A stretch of DNA of 64,000 bases from Octopus vulgaris (taxonomy: Eukaryota): contig OX597815.1 of NCBI GenBank assembly GCA_951406725.2, positions 164,920,001-164,984,000 of the forward strand. Reading direction: 5' to 3'. The translations under genes and the position numbers were made by a program. The notes below the pieces were generated by a model, which did no database searches, was not told the DNA's origin, and saw only the letters and a program-made list of their open reading frames with translations. Shown piece after piece: positions 14,335-26,159 of the stretch; the stretch's first letter is position 1; each line of letters opens with the position of its first letter.

Positions 14335-14819
14335 CTAGCAGTATTGCCCGGCTTTGCAAAATGGTCACATTTAATTCAAAGCGTTAAAAATGTTATAAAA
14401 ACAATTGGTATGTGTTCACAAAGTCCAAATGATTAATACGAAAGAACCCTCCAAGCTACATCCTGAAAATTCATTTCTTTGCCTAATTTCTACAATGTTT
14501 ACGGCGATTCGTTTTTATATCTTGATTTTTTATTTTTCAAGCAATTTACGCATGCTTGCATGCGTGGTGAACACAGTTCACGTCAAACAGCTGACTGAGT
14601 AAAGTTCACTATTCAATGCATGGGATAAGGCCTAAACAAACACATTATCGATTTTTGCACTTGCGAGATGAATTTTGGAACAGAAATAGCGCAGTTCAAT
14701 TTTCATTTGCCTAAACTTTAAGTGACCCATTTTTGGTGGTTCTACGATTTGTTGGCTAGGAGGAGATGTGCCGGGAAGTTAAACACACAGACACACAAGT
14801 TGAGTTTTATATATAGAGA
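14335..14819 (-). mobile_element. Non-autonomous Helitron-like element
   Basis: On the minus strand A|TCTCTATATATAAAA ... GCCGGGCAATACTGCTAG|T: TC start, CTAG end, inserted in an AT dinucleotide. Confidence 0.65.
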
Positions 14820-16315
14820 TTTTTTGTGTGCAGTCGTGGCTGTGTCATTGAGAAATTAATTTCTCAACAATGTGATTTTGTGTTCAATCCTATTGCAAGG
14901 TATCTTGGTCTTCTACTGTAATCCCGAGTTTACCAAAGCTTTGCAAGTGGATTTGGAAAGCAGAAAACTGAAAGCAGCCTGTCTTATATAAATATATAAA
15001 TGTGTGTGTGTGTGTGTGTGTGCACATTATCTTTTACTTGTTTCAGACTGCAGCCATGATGGGGCACCACCTTGAAGAATGATTTGTCAAAAGTATTAAC
15101 CCTAGTACTTATTCTATTTCTTTTGCTGAACTGCTAAGTTATTGAGATGCAAACAGACTAGTACCAGTTGTCAAGCAGTGGTGGGGGGAACAAACACACA
15201 CACATATATGTATATATGCATATGTGATGGGATTCTTTCAGTTTCCATCTACCAAGACCACTCACAAGGCTTTGGTCAGGCAAAAGATACAGTAGAAGAC
15301 ACTGGCTCAAGATGCCATGCAGTAGGACTGAACTCTGAACTTTGTGATTGGGAAGCAAGCTTCTTCATGCAGTGGGATCAAACCTGGAACCACATGATTG
15401 TGAAACAAGCATCCCAAACCTCACAGGCACAACTGCACCTATGTCATCAATAAGATGTTCAAATTTCATATGAACTTTGCCTTTGTTTTCTTTAGGGTTT
15501 GGAGTGTTTAATCTGAGCATTACCGGACAATAACTTATGAATATACCTACAGTCCAAATATTATTTTATCGTCCTTTTAAAAAGGAAAGATCTCCTTTGG
15601 TCATGAATGACCATGGGATTGCACTTAGAAAGTTCCTTTCCAAAGCACAAGTCTGGGCAAGTTTGTTTATGGAAGACCAGCAGTCGTCCAGGCATACCAG
15701 CCTCCCCTCTCCACACTACTAATGTTATCCAAGGGTAAGGCAAAGGCCGGTACAGCTTCATACGAGTGACTTTGCAACTCATTTGTACAGCTGAGTGAAC
15801 TGGAGCAACGTGAAATAAAGTGTCTTGCTCAAGAACACAACACGGCCAAGGAATCAAACTCACTACCTCGTGATTGTGAGCCCAATGCTCTAATCACTGA
15901 GCCATGTGCCTTCGCATCAATCTTTTATATAATAGATTTAAAATTTGAATGTTTTATTATCTTTTTATATAATAATAAAACATTCAAATTTTAAAGCTAA
16001 AGCTGTCATCAACCAGTAGATGTTTACTTTTGAGAGTGGGAGGCATGTCAACTAATTTTACTACCCTACAGCCAAAGTAGATTGATTTGAAGACCTTAGG
16101 GTCGTTGTTGAGTGGTTCCAGGTCTCCTCCTTTGTAGTGACTCATCTCCACTATACCATACTTTTTTTCCCTCCTTGCAACATATTTTGGTACCTCAGAT
16201 GGGTCTGAGGTACTTTTTTATTTACTGTTCTGTTGCCTGCTCTATTTTCTTACTTTTTGTTGCGAAGAATTTGTATACCACAGTCTAGAGGTTACTTTCT
16301 TGCTAGATGTATTAT

Positions 16316-16350
16316 GATGTGTTTAACACATTTTGACCAGGTCTCATCAG
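16316..16350 (-). ncRNA. Degenerate hammerhead motif
   Basis: Minus strand CTGATGA-GAC ctg GTC-aAAA-TGTGT taa ACACA-TC. Stem I is not convincing. Confidence 0.45.
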
Positions 16351-16648
16351 TATTTAGATATATATATATATATTTTTTGCATTTTTTAATTCTTCTGTAG
16401 ACTTCTAGTAGATGGCACTGGTAAATCTGGCAACACTAGATTTTCAAGCTGTAGTGTCATAATTTTTTTTTGTGTTAGTAGCTGTGTGGTAAGTAGCTTG
16501 CTTACGAACCACATGGTTCCAGGTTCAGTCCCACTGCATGGTACCTTGGGCAAGTGTCTTCTACTATAGCTACTATACCGACCAAAGCCTTGTGAGTGGA
16601 TTTGCTTGACGGAAACTGAAAGAAGCTTGTCGTATATATGTACGTATG

Positions 16649-16682
<34 letters not shown>

Positions 16683-17300
16683 AATATATTTGTGTGTCTG
16701 TGTTTGTCCCCACCCCCCAGCATCGCTTGACAACTGATGCTGGTGTGTTTACGTCCCTGTAACTTAGTGGTTCGGCAAAAGAGACCGATAGAATAAGTAC
16801 TAGGCTTACAAAGAATAAGTCCTGGGGTCGATTTGCTCGACTAAAGGTGGTGCTCCAGCATGGCCACAGTCAAATGACTGAAACGAGTAAAAAAAGAGTG
16901 TAAATAGTAGTGGTGGCAACAGTGGAGATGGAATTTTGTTTTTCTGGTCTTTGTTGTCATTTTCCTTATTGTTGTTCTTTCACTCAACACTGGTGCTTTG
17001 TTTTAAAGGTGGGAAGACAGCATCAAAACAGCTCTTCCAATCTCTGATCTCACTCATGTTTTCTTGATATGTATAAAATAAATGGGTAAATGTCAGAAAG
17101 TAATCCACAAAGTCTGTTCTGAAGAACAAAAATAAACCCATGCCAAGCAGCTCCCACAACTCTTGTTTTTATGTGTGACACATACAGCACAATTTTTGAA
17201 AACAAATCTTTGAAAGATGGGTAAAATAAAACAAAACTTACAAGTGACTTGCAGTGAACATAATGCTGATGCCACAACCAAAAGAATAATAACAATTATA

Positions 17301-18125
17301 CAGTAATCACTCACCATATTTCAGTTCACCTATCACGCCCTCAGTACATTGCAGATTTTTCTGGCTAATATATGTAAATGTGAAGGCGCGTGGCTCAGTG
17401 GTTAGAGCGTCGAGCTTACAATTGTGAGGTTGTGAGCTCGAATCCTGGACCGGGGCTGCGTGTTATGTTCTTGAGCAAGACACTTTATTTCACGTTGCTC
17501 CAGTTCACTCAGCTGTAGAAATGAGTTGCGACGTCACAGGTGCCAAGCTGTATCGGCCCTTGCCTTTCCCTTGGACAACATCGGTGACGTGGAGAGGGGA
17601 GGCCGGTATGCATGGGCGACTGCTGGTCTTCCATAAAACAACCTCGCCCAGACTTGTGCCTCAGAGGGTAACTCTCTAGGTGCAAACCCATGGTCAGTGT
17701 CTGACCGAAGGGGGTCACCACCATATGTAAATTTATATCACGGGTTTTTGCAGCCGATAGGTATTTATAGTTTTTTTAGATTTTAATTATTTCTGTGGTA
17801 AAATAAGCATTTTCACACCTAAAAATTAATAGATTAATAAAGGAAGATGCAATACAGTACTGCACTGTATAACACATTAATTGAAATGTATTAAAAGAAA
17901 GTACCTAGTGTACCGTAGATGAGTAAACAAAGAATTGCACATACTGTATGGAAAATGAAACCCGGGAGGCGAGTGTGTGGTATTGTTTTGCATTTATAAT
18001 AAAATGAATATATACAAATTATAAAAATGAAAAAACATATACAGTACAGTAGTTTCTACTTTGCAGATTTTCCCCTATTGCGGGGAGTTTGGAACGTAAC
18101 ACCTGCGATAGTCAAGAGATTACTG
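17301..18125. mobile_element. Tigger/pogo-like MITE interrupted by a SINE
   Basis: TA|CAGTAATC ... GATTACTG|TA termini. Confidence 0.6.
17380..17722 (+). mobile_element. SINE family C (tRNA head, V-domain-like GTTCTTGAGCAAGACACTT), full-length
   Basis: A-box TGGCTCAGTGG, B-box-like GCTCGAATCC, 10-bp TSD ATATGTAAAT (17370-17379 and 17723-17732). Other copies near 2400-2730(+), 15590-15915(-), 20098-20235(+), 23525-23855(-), 25667-25790(-) and 41459-41752(+). Confidence 0.88.
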
Positions 18126-18809
18126 TATTTATGTATTCTGGAAGCCATGCTTAGAACAAGTGAGCAGATTTTTGAAATATGTATAACTGTATGGCTTAAG
18201 AATTGAATGGATGCGCTTAACCTGTATTAATCTCCATTAAGCAATCTACAAAAAAAAAAACCTATTTATTACATAAACTCTTTTACTCTTTGAAACTCTT
18301 ACTTATTTCAGTCATTTGACTGCGGCCATGCTGGAGCAACGTCTTTTAGTCTAGCAAATCGACCCCAGGACTTGTTCTTTGTAAGCCTAGTACTTATTCT
18401 ATTGGTCTCTTTTGCCGAACTGCTAAGTTATGGGGATGTAAACACACCAGCATCGGTTGTCAAGCGATGTTGCGGGAACAAACACAGACACACACACACA
18501 TATACATATATATGACTGGCTTCTTTCAGTTTCTGTCTACCAAATCCACTCACCAGGCTTTGGTTGGCCCAAGGCTATAGTAGAAGACACTTGCCCAAGG
18601 TGCCACGCAGTGGGACTGAACCTGGAACCATGTGGTTGGTAAGCAAGATACTTACCACACAGCCACTCTTGCGCCTATAAAATATCTTATTTATAATGCG
18701 TTTATTCTCTTAAGATCTTGAACTGAGATTCAGTTGCTGGATAGTATGATGTCCTCAAGTAAATTATGCTATTAGATTAAAACTGGTTGGATTTAGAGAA
18801 GGTAAAGGT

Positions 18810-19150
18810 TCAATCTAAGTGATCCCTTGTATGTTCAAAGTATACTTTTTAGTTTTTCATAGAAATGAACAACTTTTTGGAAGGAATGTGCTCATTTAAT
18901 CCAAACTGCTTGAGTTATCTGCAAACACTTCCATTGATAGTCCAAGTCTGTTGGGCATATCCAGATTCTGCTTGATGCTGATTCTTTCAACAGTTGATTT
19001 CTGACAGTCTGTAAAACACTGTCCTCTCTCGGAATGTTTAGATAGGTCCACTGTTTCATGGACAGTGATGATAGAATGCAAACTCCTTCTGTGGGTGACA
19101 ACAACCTTCATTCAGTCCAGTTCTATAACAATGTCCTTGAAGTAAACACT
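18810..19150 (-). pseudogene. Decayed Tc1-like transposase fragment
   Basis: Minus frame with stops, SVCR*LKQFGLNEHIPSKKLFISMKN*KVYFEHTRDHLD*T, resembles the Tc1 segment TVRRRL...GL..R...KKP.IS.KN...RL.FA..H..WT. Confidence 0.6.
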
Positions 19151-21108
19151 CCACCACATATAGCTAAACAATGCATTGCTACTTTGTAATAAACAAGGCC
19201 GCTTTCCTATCTAAAATGTTCCAACTAACAAAATACTATAAAACACCATGGACTCACCTGAAATCACAGATTTGATCAAACTTTGCAATTTTGTAAATTC
19301 AGTTGTAAGCCTAATGTATCATGACATCATTTAATGCCCATGTTCGATGATGGCATGGATTGGATGGTTTGACAAGATCTGTTGGGTCCAAGGATTGCAT
19401 TGTGATCCAATGTTCATTTTGGCATGGTTTCTACAGCTGGATTTCCCTCTTAATATCAACCACTTTACAGCAAGTACTAGGTGCCTTTTTATGTACCACT
19501 TGCACTATTGAGGTTGCCATGCAGCTTGCAAGACAATGAACCCTGATCTAGGAATTAGGAATCAGCTTTATGCAAGAGAAAAAGGGTTTAAAGTGTGAGA
19601 GAGCAGGGAGTGTGCAGACTAGGTTCTTATAGGAAAACTGTATCATCCTCATCATCATCATCGTTTAACGTCCGTTCTCCATGCTAGCATGGGTTGGACG
19701 GTTCGACTGGGGATCTGGGAAGCCAGAAGGCTGCACCAGGCTCCAGTCTTATCTGGCAATGTTTCTACAGCTGGATGCCCTTCCTAACGCCAACCACTCC
19801 GTGAATGTAGTGGGTGCTTTTACATGCCACCTGCACTGGTGCCAGGCGAGGCTGGCATCGGCCATGGTCGGATTGGTGCATTTTACGTGCCACCGGCATG
19901 GAAGCCAGTCGAGGCGGCACTGGCTTCGGCCACGATTCGGATGGTGCTTTTTATGTGCCACCGACACGGAAGCTGGTTACTCATATTTACTAGGGGGAGG
20001 GAGAGAATGATCATTCACTTTATTTAAAATAATTCAAATGAAGGTATTATTAAACAAATATTTCAAGCATTTATTTCTTCATGCTACTATATGTATTTGT
20101 GGAGGTGAGTGGCTTAGTGGTTAGGGTGTTGGACTTATGATTGTAAGATTGTGGTTTTGATTCCTGGACTGGGTGAGGTGTTGTGTTCTTGAGTCAAACA
20201 CTTCATTTCATGTTGTTCCAGTCCACTCAGCTGCAACAGACCAGCATCCTGTCCAGGTGGAGAATATATATGCCTAGGAAACCAAGAAATGGGCCCTTAT
20301 GAGTCGGTATAACTTGAGAAGTTAACTTCACCTTTATCTACCTATGTATTGGTTATCAGTTTCATTTCAGAACTAAAGGAAATTAAAAAAAAAAATTGAA
20401 AAAAATCTGCTCAATGGTTTTAGACGTTTGGCAACCACTCTATGTATGGTGTGGTGTGGTGTGTGTGTGCCATGTGCTAACATATAAACAACAGATGTCA
20501 CAACAATTTCAAACAATGAGAAAATATAGTTTTGTTTTATATAAAAGGAAAGTGCAGCTTGTCTCTCAGTGACTCTGAATTAATACAAATATATAGGTGT
20601 CACTAACATACACTGTTAATCAATACAGCTCTCATATCATAAACAATCTTCATTTCTGATAACTAGTATTGAATAGTATACTAGTTGAGTGGAGTTCTCA
20701 TTTCTATTTGTTCCTTGTTAGAGAGTCAATAATCTCCCTCTTCTCTCTCTTATTTGATCACCTTCATGGAATATTTTTGTCCTGGCACTGTTTTTTTTTT
20801 GTTGTTTTTTTTTTACCTACCAGTCCATTTTTTTTGTTGATTGTTCTTTGAACATATGAACATACGATTGCTACTTTTATTTTAAGGAACAGAGCATAAA
20901 TTGTTGATCTCTACAGTATGTAAAATAAACTCATTGACTTTTTGTCAAAACTGGTAGAGGTACACTTTCTTCTTCAGATTGTCAATTTGGTCACTTGAAA
21001 CACTGGAACTTGAGCTAAACTTTTACTCCTTGCAATCATGAAGTTTAAGTCTGCAAGTGATTATGAAGATTAATCATGAATGTTAAGTCTACAATCTTCT
21101 TTCATGCT

Positions 21109-22295
21109 CTACATCCAATTTCGATGTGTTAGATCAGGTATAGATCCAAATAATGTATATGTCTTTTTGGCTGAGGTGCTTTCAGTTTCTTTGATCAGTT
21201 CACCCATATCGTCTCTGTTTAGCAGTAGTTCTGGTGTATATCGACCTGATTTTATGATGTAATTGAAAGTCTGAGCACTACACCAAGGGGTAGGAACTGG
21301 ATATGTGGTGTCAAAGTGAGTAAAATCTACGATATGTGAACCATTAATATCAATGGATGTTGTTAATGGTTCTAGACGATGTCCCCAAATGATATCCCAA
21401 GGCAAGTAAGAAGTTTTTGCTTGTACAGTTCGACCAGTTGTTGAGACTACAGCCTGTAACATCACAATTATTTCAAAGTTCTCGTGACGTAAACTATCCC
21501 GTGAAATATTATAAAACGGTGATTTTTCATCTATTTCATGGTAAACGTTGGTTGGCCAGACCAAAAATAAATTGTTGTGTCCATCTTCAGCTTTGAAATT
21601 CACATTGAAATATTCCACTGGAATGTTATTGCCAGATTTTGAGAAACTTTTTTTAATAAATAAACCTCGAGCACTGGCAGTGATCAGATGAGATTTTCGC
21701 ATATCACCCACACGAAATACAAACTTGTATTGCAAATCTTCTTCCATGATACAAGCTACCTTACTGAACAATATCGTGCAAGAACGCTTTTTACCACGTT
21801 TCACTTTTGCTATGACCAAACCACAGAATGCTGCTTGCATAGCTGCTCCAAGAATAGATTCAAAAAGTACTCCAAGAACTGCGCCTGGACATTCCTCTGA
21901 TACATAACGTGAGCCATATCCAATTGTTGTCATAGTTTCAATTGAAAATAAGTAAGCAGTTGTAAAAGAGTGGACACTTTCTATGCATGGCACCCAATTT
22001 TCTGGATTGTCGTCTTCAAAGTCTCCATGTAAATGAGCCAAAACATAGAAATAACTAGCAAAAAGTAACCAGGATGAAATAAATGACACCACAAATATTA
22101 AAAGGTTCCATCGCCACTTGACATCAATGAGTGTCGTGAAGAAATCTGACAGAAATTTCTGGTTGCGTTTGCTGATTCCGGTTTGCTTGATGTTTACATG
22201 ACCACCTCGACTGACTAATCGGAATTGTTTACCTGGTCGAAGGAAATTGCGCATCTCGAGCGAGCCACTTCTGCTCCACTCACTTGATACGTCTT
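21109..22295 (-). CDS. Inward-rectifier potassium channel (Kir/IRK family), main coding exon
   Basis: 381-aa ORF (21109-22254) with slide helix SDFFTTLIDVKWRW, selectivity filter SIETMTTIGYGSR, conserved Cys pair (PCI, EECP), basic cluster AKVKRGKKR, RVGDMRKSHL, HEIDEKSPF and SYLPWDIIWGHR. The frame stays open upstream to an AG after a polypyrimidine tract (exon start about 22295). Confidence 0.95.
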
Positions 22296-24184
22296 CTTGC
22301 GTAGCATAATGAAAGAGAGAAAAAAAGAGAAAAGAAAAAGAAATAGATTAGTGAAATATTCTTGGAGAATTCTTATAAAAAAAAAAAAAAAAATCAAAAT
22401 AATTCTCTGCATTACAATTCAGTAGAGAAAAAAAGAACAATTCTTTTCAACAAATTATTACAAACTCCCCTAAACACACTATTCTTCTGATAATATGCAG
22501 TAGAAGTCTCATCTACAGGTTGCCTATCTTGAGGTAAAGAGGTTGTGTTCCCCATGCTTGTTGTTAAAAGCATTATCTTCTAGTAGGATATCCATAGTGG
22601 CAAAGTTGAGTATTCAATGGTAGATCAAGCAGATAACTTTATCTTGAAAGCAGTGGAAGTGACAGTGAAGGAAGGCGGCAACTGTTCTAATCATCTTAAT
22701 TTTATTAACGACTGGATTTAGTTGGACGATCTGTAAAGCAGTGTGTCTTCTAAGAGAACAACATCAAATACACATTCAATAAATATGCACAAGTGTCTTT
22801 GTTTTGTGGTCCAGCACAAACTTTATAAGCCTTTCAACAATTGGGGAAGAGTGATAAGAACTGGTGAGTAACTGATGATTGGCAGCTCCTAGATAAGAAC
22901 TGGCATAAAAGATTGTCAAAGTTTGGACAGAAGCAAGAAATTTCTTCAAAGTATCCAGTCCTGTTTAGAATTCACTCTGATAATGCAAAACTGGAAAAGG
23001 GAACGAAAATGAACCCCAAAAATAATCTTCAATCCTTCTTGTTTGCTAAACTGCATCCAGCTCTCTCACCAATAAGCAATAAAAAAAAAAAGCATTAAGA
23101 AGTCTCAGGACAGTCCAGATTGAGCAGACCTATGATCAAAGGCACTTGCTCTGGCTGTGATCAGTTGCTTTTTCTCCATTCATAGTATATCTAGGATGAC
23201 ATGAATAAAGGTGTCCTATTTTTTTTTAAGATGCAGGTTGTGATTTCAGAGAGATTTGGCTGTTATTTCAAGCATGTCAAGTGACCTGCTCGAAATAGCA
23301 ACCAATTATCCCCATTTGGTATTCATGTTTTCCCTATGAAATTTATAAAGTAAAGATTGAATACGGGTACAGGTAATCAGTTTTGTTTTCTAATACTATT
23401 TTGAGAGTAATTTAACGAAGGGAGCCCATTGCATACAGGTAGAAATCATAAGCATAATTAAGTACAATGAAATGGTTCATCTGAACATTCAACCATTCTG
23501 ATTACTGCTAGCAGTTGAGCTGAGACCCCTTCGGTCATGACTGAACATAGGATTGCACCTAGAAAGTTACCCTCCCAGGCACAAGTCTGGGCAAGGTTGT
23601 TTACGGAAGACAAGCAGTCGCCCAAGCATACCGGCCTCCCCTCTCCATGCCACCAGTGTTATCCAAGGGAAAGGCAAAGGCCGATACAACTTGGCACCAG
23701 TGACGTCGCTACTCATTTCCACAGTTGAGTGAACTGGAGCAACGTAAAATAAAGTGTCTTGCTCAAGAACAAATCACACAGCCTGATCAGGGATTCAAAC
23801 TCACAACCTCATGATTGTAAGCTCGACACTAACCACTGAGCCATGCACCTTCACTTACTTTTACTTGCCCTGAATAGTAAAAAAAAAAAAAAAAAAAAAA
23901 AAAAATCAACTCCCGTACTTATTTTTTTAATTCCCTAAACCTGGTACTAATTCTATAGGTCACTTTTTGCTGAACTGCTAAAAGATGAGGACATAAACAA
24001 ACCAACTCTGGTAGTCAAGCAGTGGTGGGGGAGATATGAACACATGCACATAGATATAATAGTTACTTTTTTACTATACAAGAGAATTTTTCTCCATGGT
24101 AACTACAGTGAATTTGGCTTTTAGCAGTTGAAATATATCAAACTTTTCTAACTAACCTAAACTTTAGTTATATATATATATATA

Positions 24185-24650
24185 TCATCATCATCATCAT
24201 CATCATCGTTTAACGTCCACTTTCCATGCTAGCATGGGTTGGACGGTTCAACTGGGTTCTGGCAAGCCCGAAGGCTGCACCAGGCCAGTCAGATATGGCA
24301 GTGTTTCTACAGCTGGATGCCCTTCCTAACGCCAACCACTCCAAGAGTGTAGTGGGTGATTTTATGTGCCACCGACACAGGTGCCAGACGAGGCTGGCAG
24401 ACGGCCACGCTCGGATGGTGTTTTTTATGTGCCACCGACACAGGTGCCAGACGAGGCTGGCTGACGGCCATGCTCGGATGGTGTTTTCTTATGTGTCACC
24501 GACACAGGTGCCAGACGAGGCTGGCGGACGGCCACGCTCGGATGGTGTTTGTTACGTGCCCTCAGCACGGAGGCCAGTCGTTGCGGTACTGGCTACGGTC
24601 ACGTTCAGATGGTTTTCTTATGTGCCACCGGCACTGGTACCACAAGGATA
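24185..24650 (-). mobile_element. SINE family E with an (ATG)n RTE-like tail and internal tandem repeats of about 63 bp
   Basis: (CAT)n-CGTTTAACGTCC...GGATGCCCTTCCTAACGCCAACCAC, and three TGTGCCACCGACACAGGTGCCAGACGAGG-type units. Relatives near 3420-3610, 6540-6705, 19320-19540, 19645-19975 and 28985-29150. Confidence 0.8.
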
Positions 24651-24919
24651 CAAATTCCATTACATACACACACACACATACATATATATGACAAGCCTCT
24701 TTCAGTTTCTGCCTACCAAATCCACTCACAAAGCTTTAGTTGGCCCAGGGCTATGGTGTCATGTAGTAGGACTGAACCAAGAACCATGTGGTTGGAAAGA
24801 AAACTTCTTACCACAGCTACACTTGTCAAGAAAAAACCTTGCCAAGTACTGATATCTACAATATTGCAAAGTGACAAGAAATGTTTCAATGGTATCAAGA
24901 TATTGTGATATAAGGTCAG

Positions 24920-25075
24920 TTGGATAACATAAGGTGAACAGGATGGCAAACATAAGGTGAACAAGATAAGAAACATAAGGTGAACAGAATACAAATATAA
25001 AGTGAATGGGATAACAAAGTGAACAAGATAACAAATGTAAGTTGAAGAGGATAAACAGTGTGAACAGAATGTTAA
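24920..25075. repeat. Degenerate minisatellite of about 22 bp
   Basis: Repeated AACATAAGGTGAACA(G/A)GAT units. Confidence 0.75.
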
Positions 25076-26108
25076 ATAAAATCAATAGAATAAGAGCAGA
25101 TTAATAAAATATGCGAAAAACACAGAAATAGGGAGAGAATGTGGGAGTGTCAAGTAAAAGGGACAGAGGTGTAAATAGCGAATTTGAGTGAAGGTAATGT
25201 GCTACCCCAGTCAGCTTTTTAAGACTTGGTTAAAGAAGTGAGGCAGAGAGAAAGAAATGATACAGAATGACAAGGGTCAACAAATGATGGGAAGTCTTTC
25301 AATAAGGAAGGCTTTATAAAGGTTGGATGGTAAAAGAGAAAATAAATATAAAGAACAGCTTAAAAAAAAAAGCAAAAAATGGTAAACTATTCCATAGTTG
25401 ATTTGTTCTTTTAATCTGTTCAGTTTGTATTTAATGCTAACATATATAATGTAGTCAGCAATAATGTTTTAATCATTTTAAGTTATATAAATGAAAAGAA
25501 AGCATCATTAGCTTACTTAGTAACTCTGGTCAAGAAAGACAGGGGAGATAATCCCAAATTTATAATTGATCAAAATTACTTAATATAGTGGGAAGTGAGT
25601 TTAAGCTTGACAGTATGGTGACAGCTACAGGCATAATTTTGGTCTTATTAGACCTTCCAGTAGTATACTGGAGCAACGTGAAATGAAGTGTTTTGCTCAA
25701 GAACACAATGCGTTGCCCAGTCCAGGAATTGAAACCACAATCTTATGATCGTGATGCTGTCACCCTAACCACTAAGCCACGCGCCTCCACAAATAATATA
25801 TATAACTCCTACTAAATGTGTTGAGTGCCTATGTATTTTGTTTGTTCACTCACTTGTGTGTGTGCGTGTGTGTGACTATATTTATATAATTAATTCAATT
25901 GTTACTAAGTGTGACTAAGGGTGCTGGGTAGCACCTATATTGCTAGAAATGAGAGTTAAAAACCCTTAGAGCTGCAAGAAAGCATCTATAGCTGCCTCAT
26001 CATTTTATAATTTTTACATTAGCATTTTGCTGAATCAGTCATAAATTCATATGGAAAATATATATACTGACAGTCAGGATTTAGCTAAACCATCCAGTGA
26101 TGAAGTAG

Positions 26109-26159
26109 TTACTACTGATGAGTTTGTAATTTTCAAACAAAACTAGACTAGTATAGTGA
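26109..26159 (+). ncRNA. Type I hammerhead motif with one core substitution (G12A)
   Basis: TTACTA-CTGATGA-GTTTG taatttt CAAAC-aAAA-CTA gac TAG-TA-TAGTGA. All three stems pair. Confidence 0.7.

Noticed and set aside
17380-17455. tRNA gene candidates (also near 38675, 51760 and 62959)
   Set aside because: A and B boxes are present, but the sequences continue into SINE bodies and tails, some with TSDs, and I could not fold a complete cloverleaf.
24362-24550. Regularly spaced repeats resembling a CRISPR array
   Set aside because: The units are whole tandem duplications without unique spacers, inside a eukaryotic SINE, and no cas genes are present.
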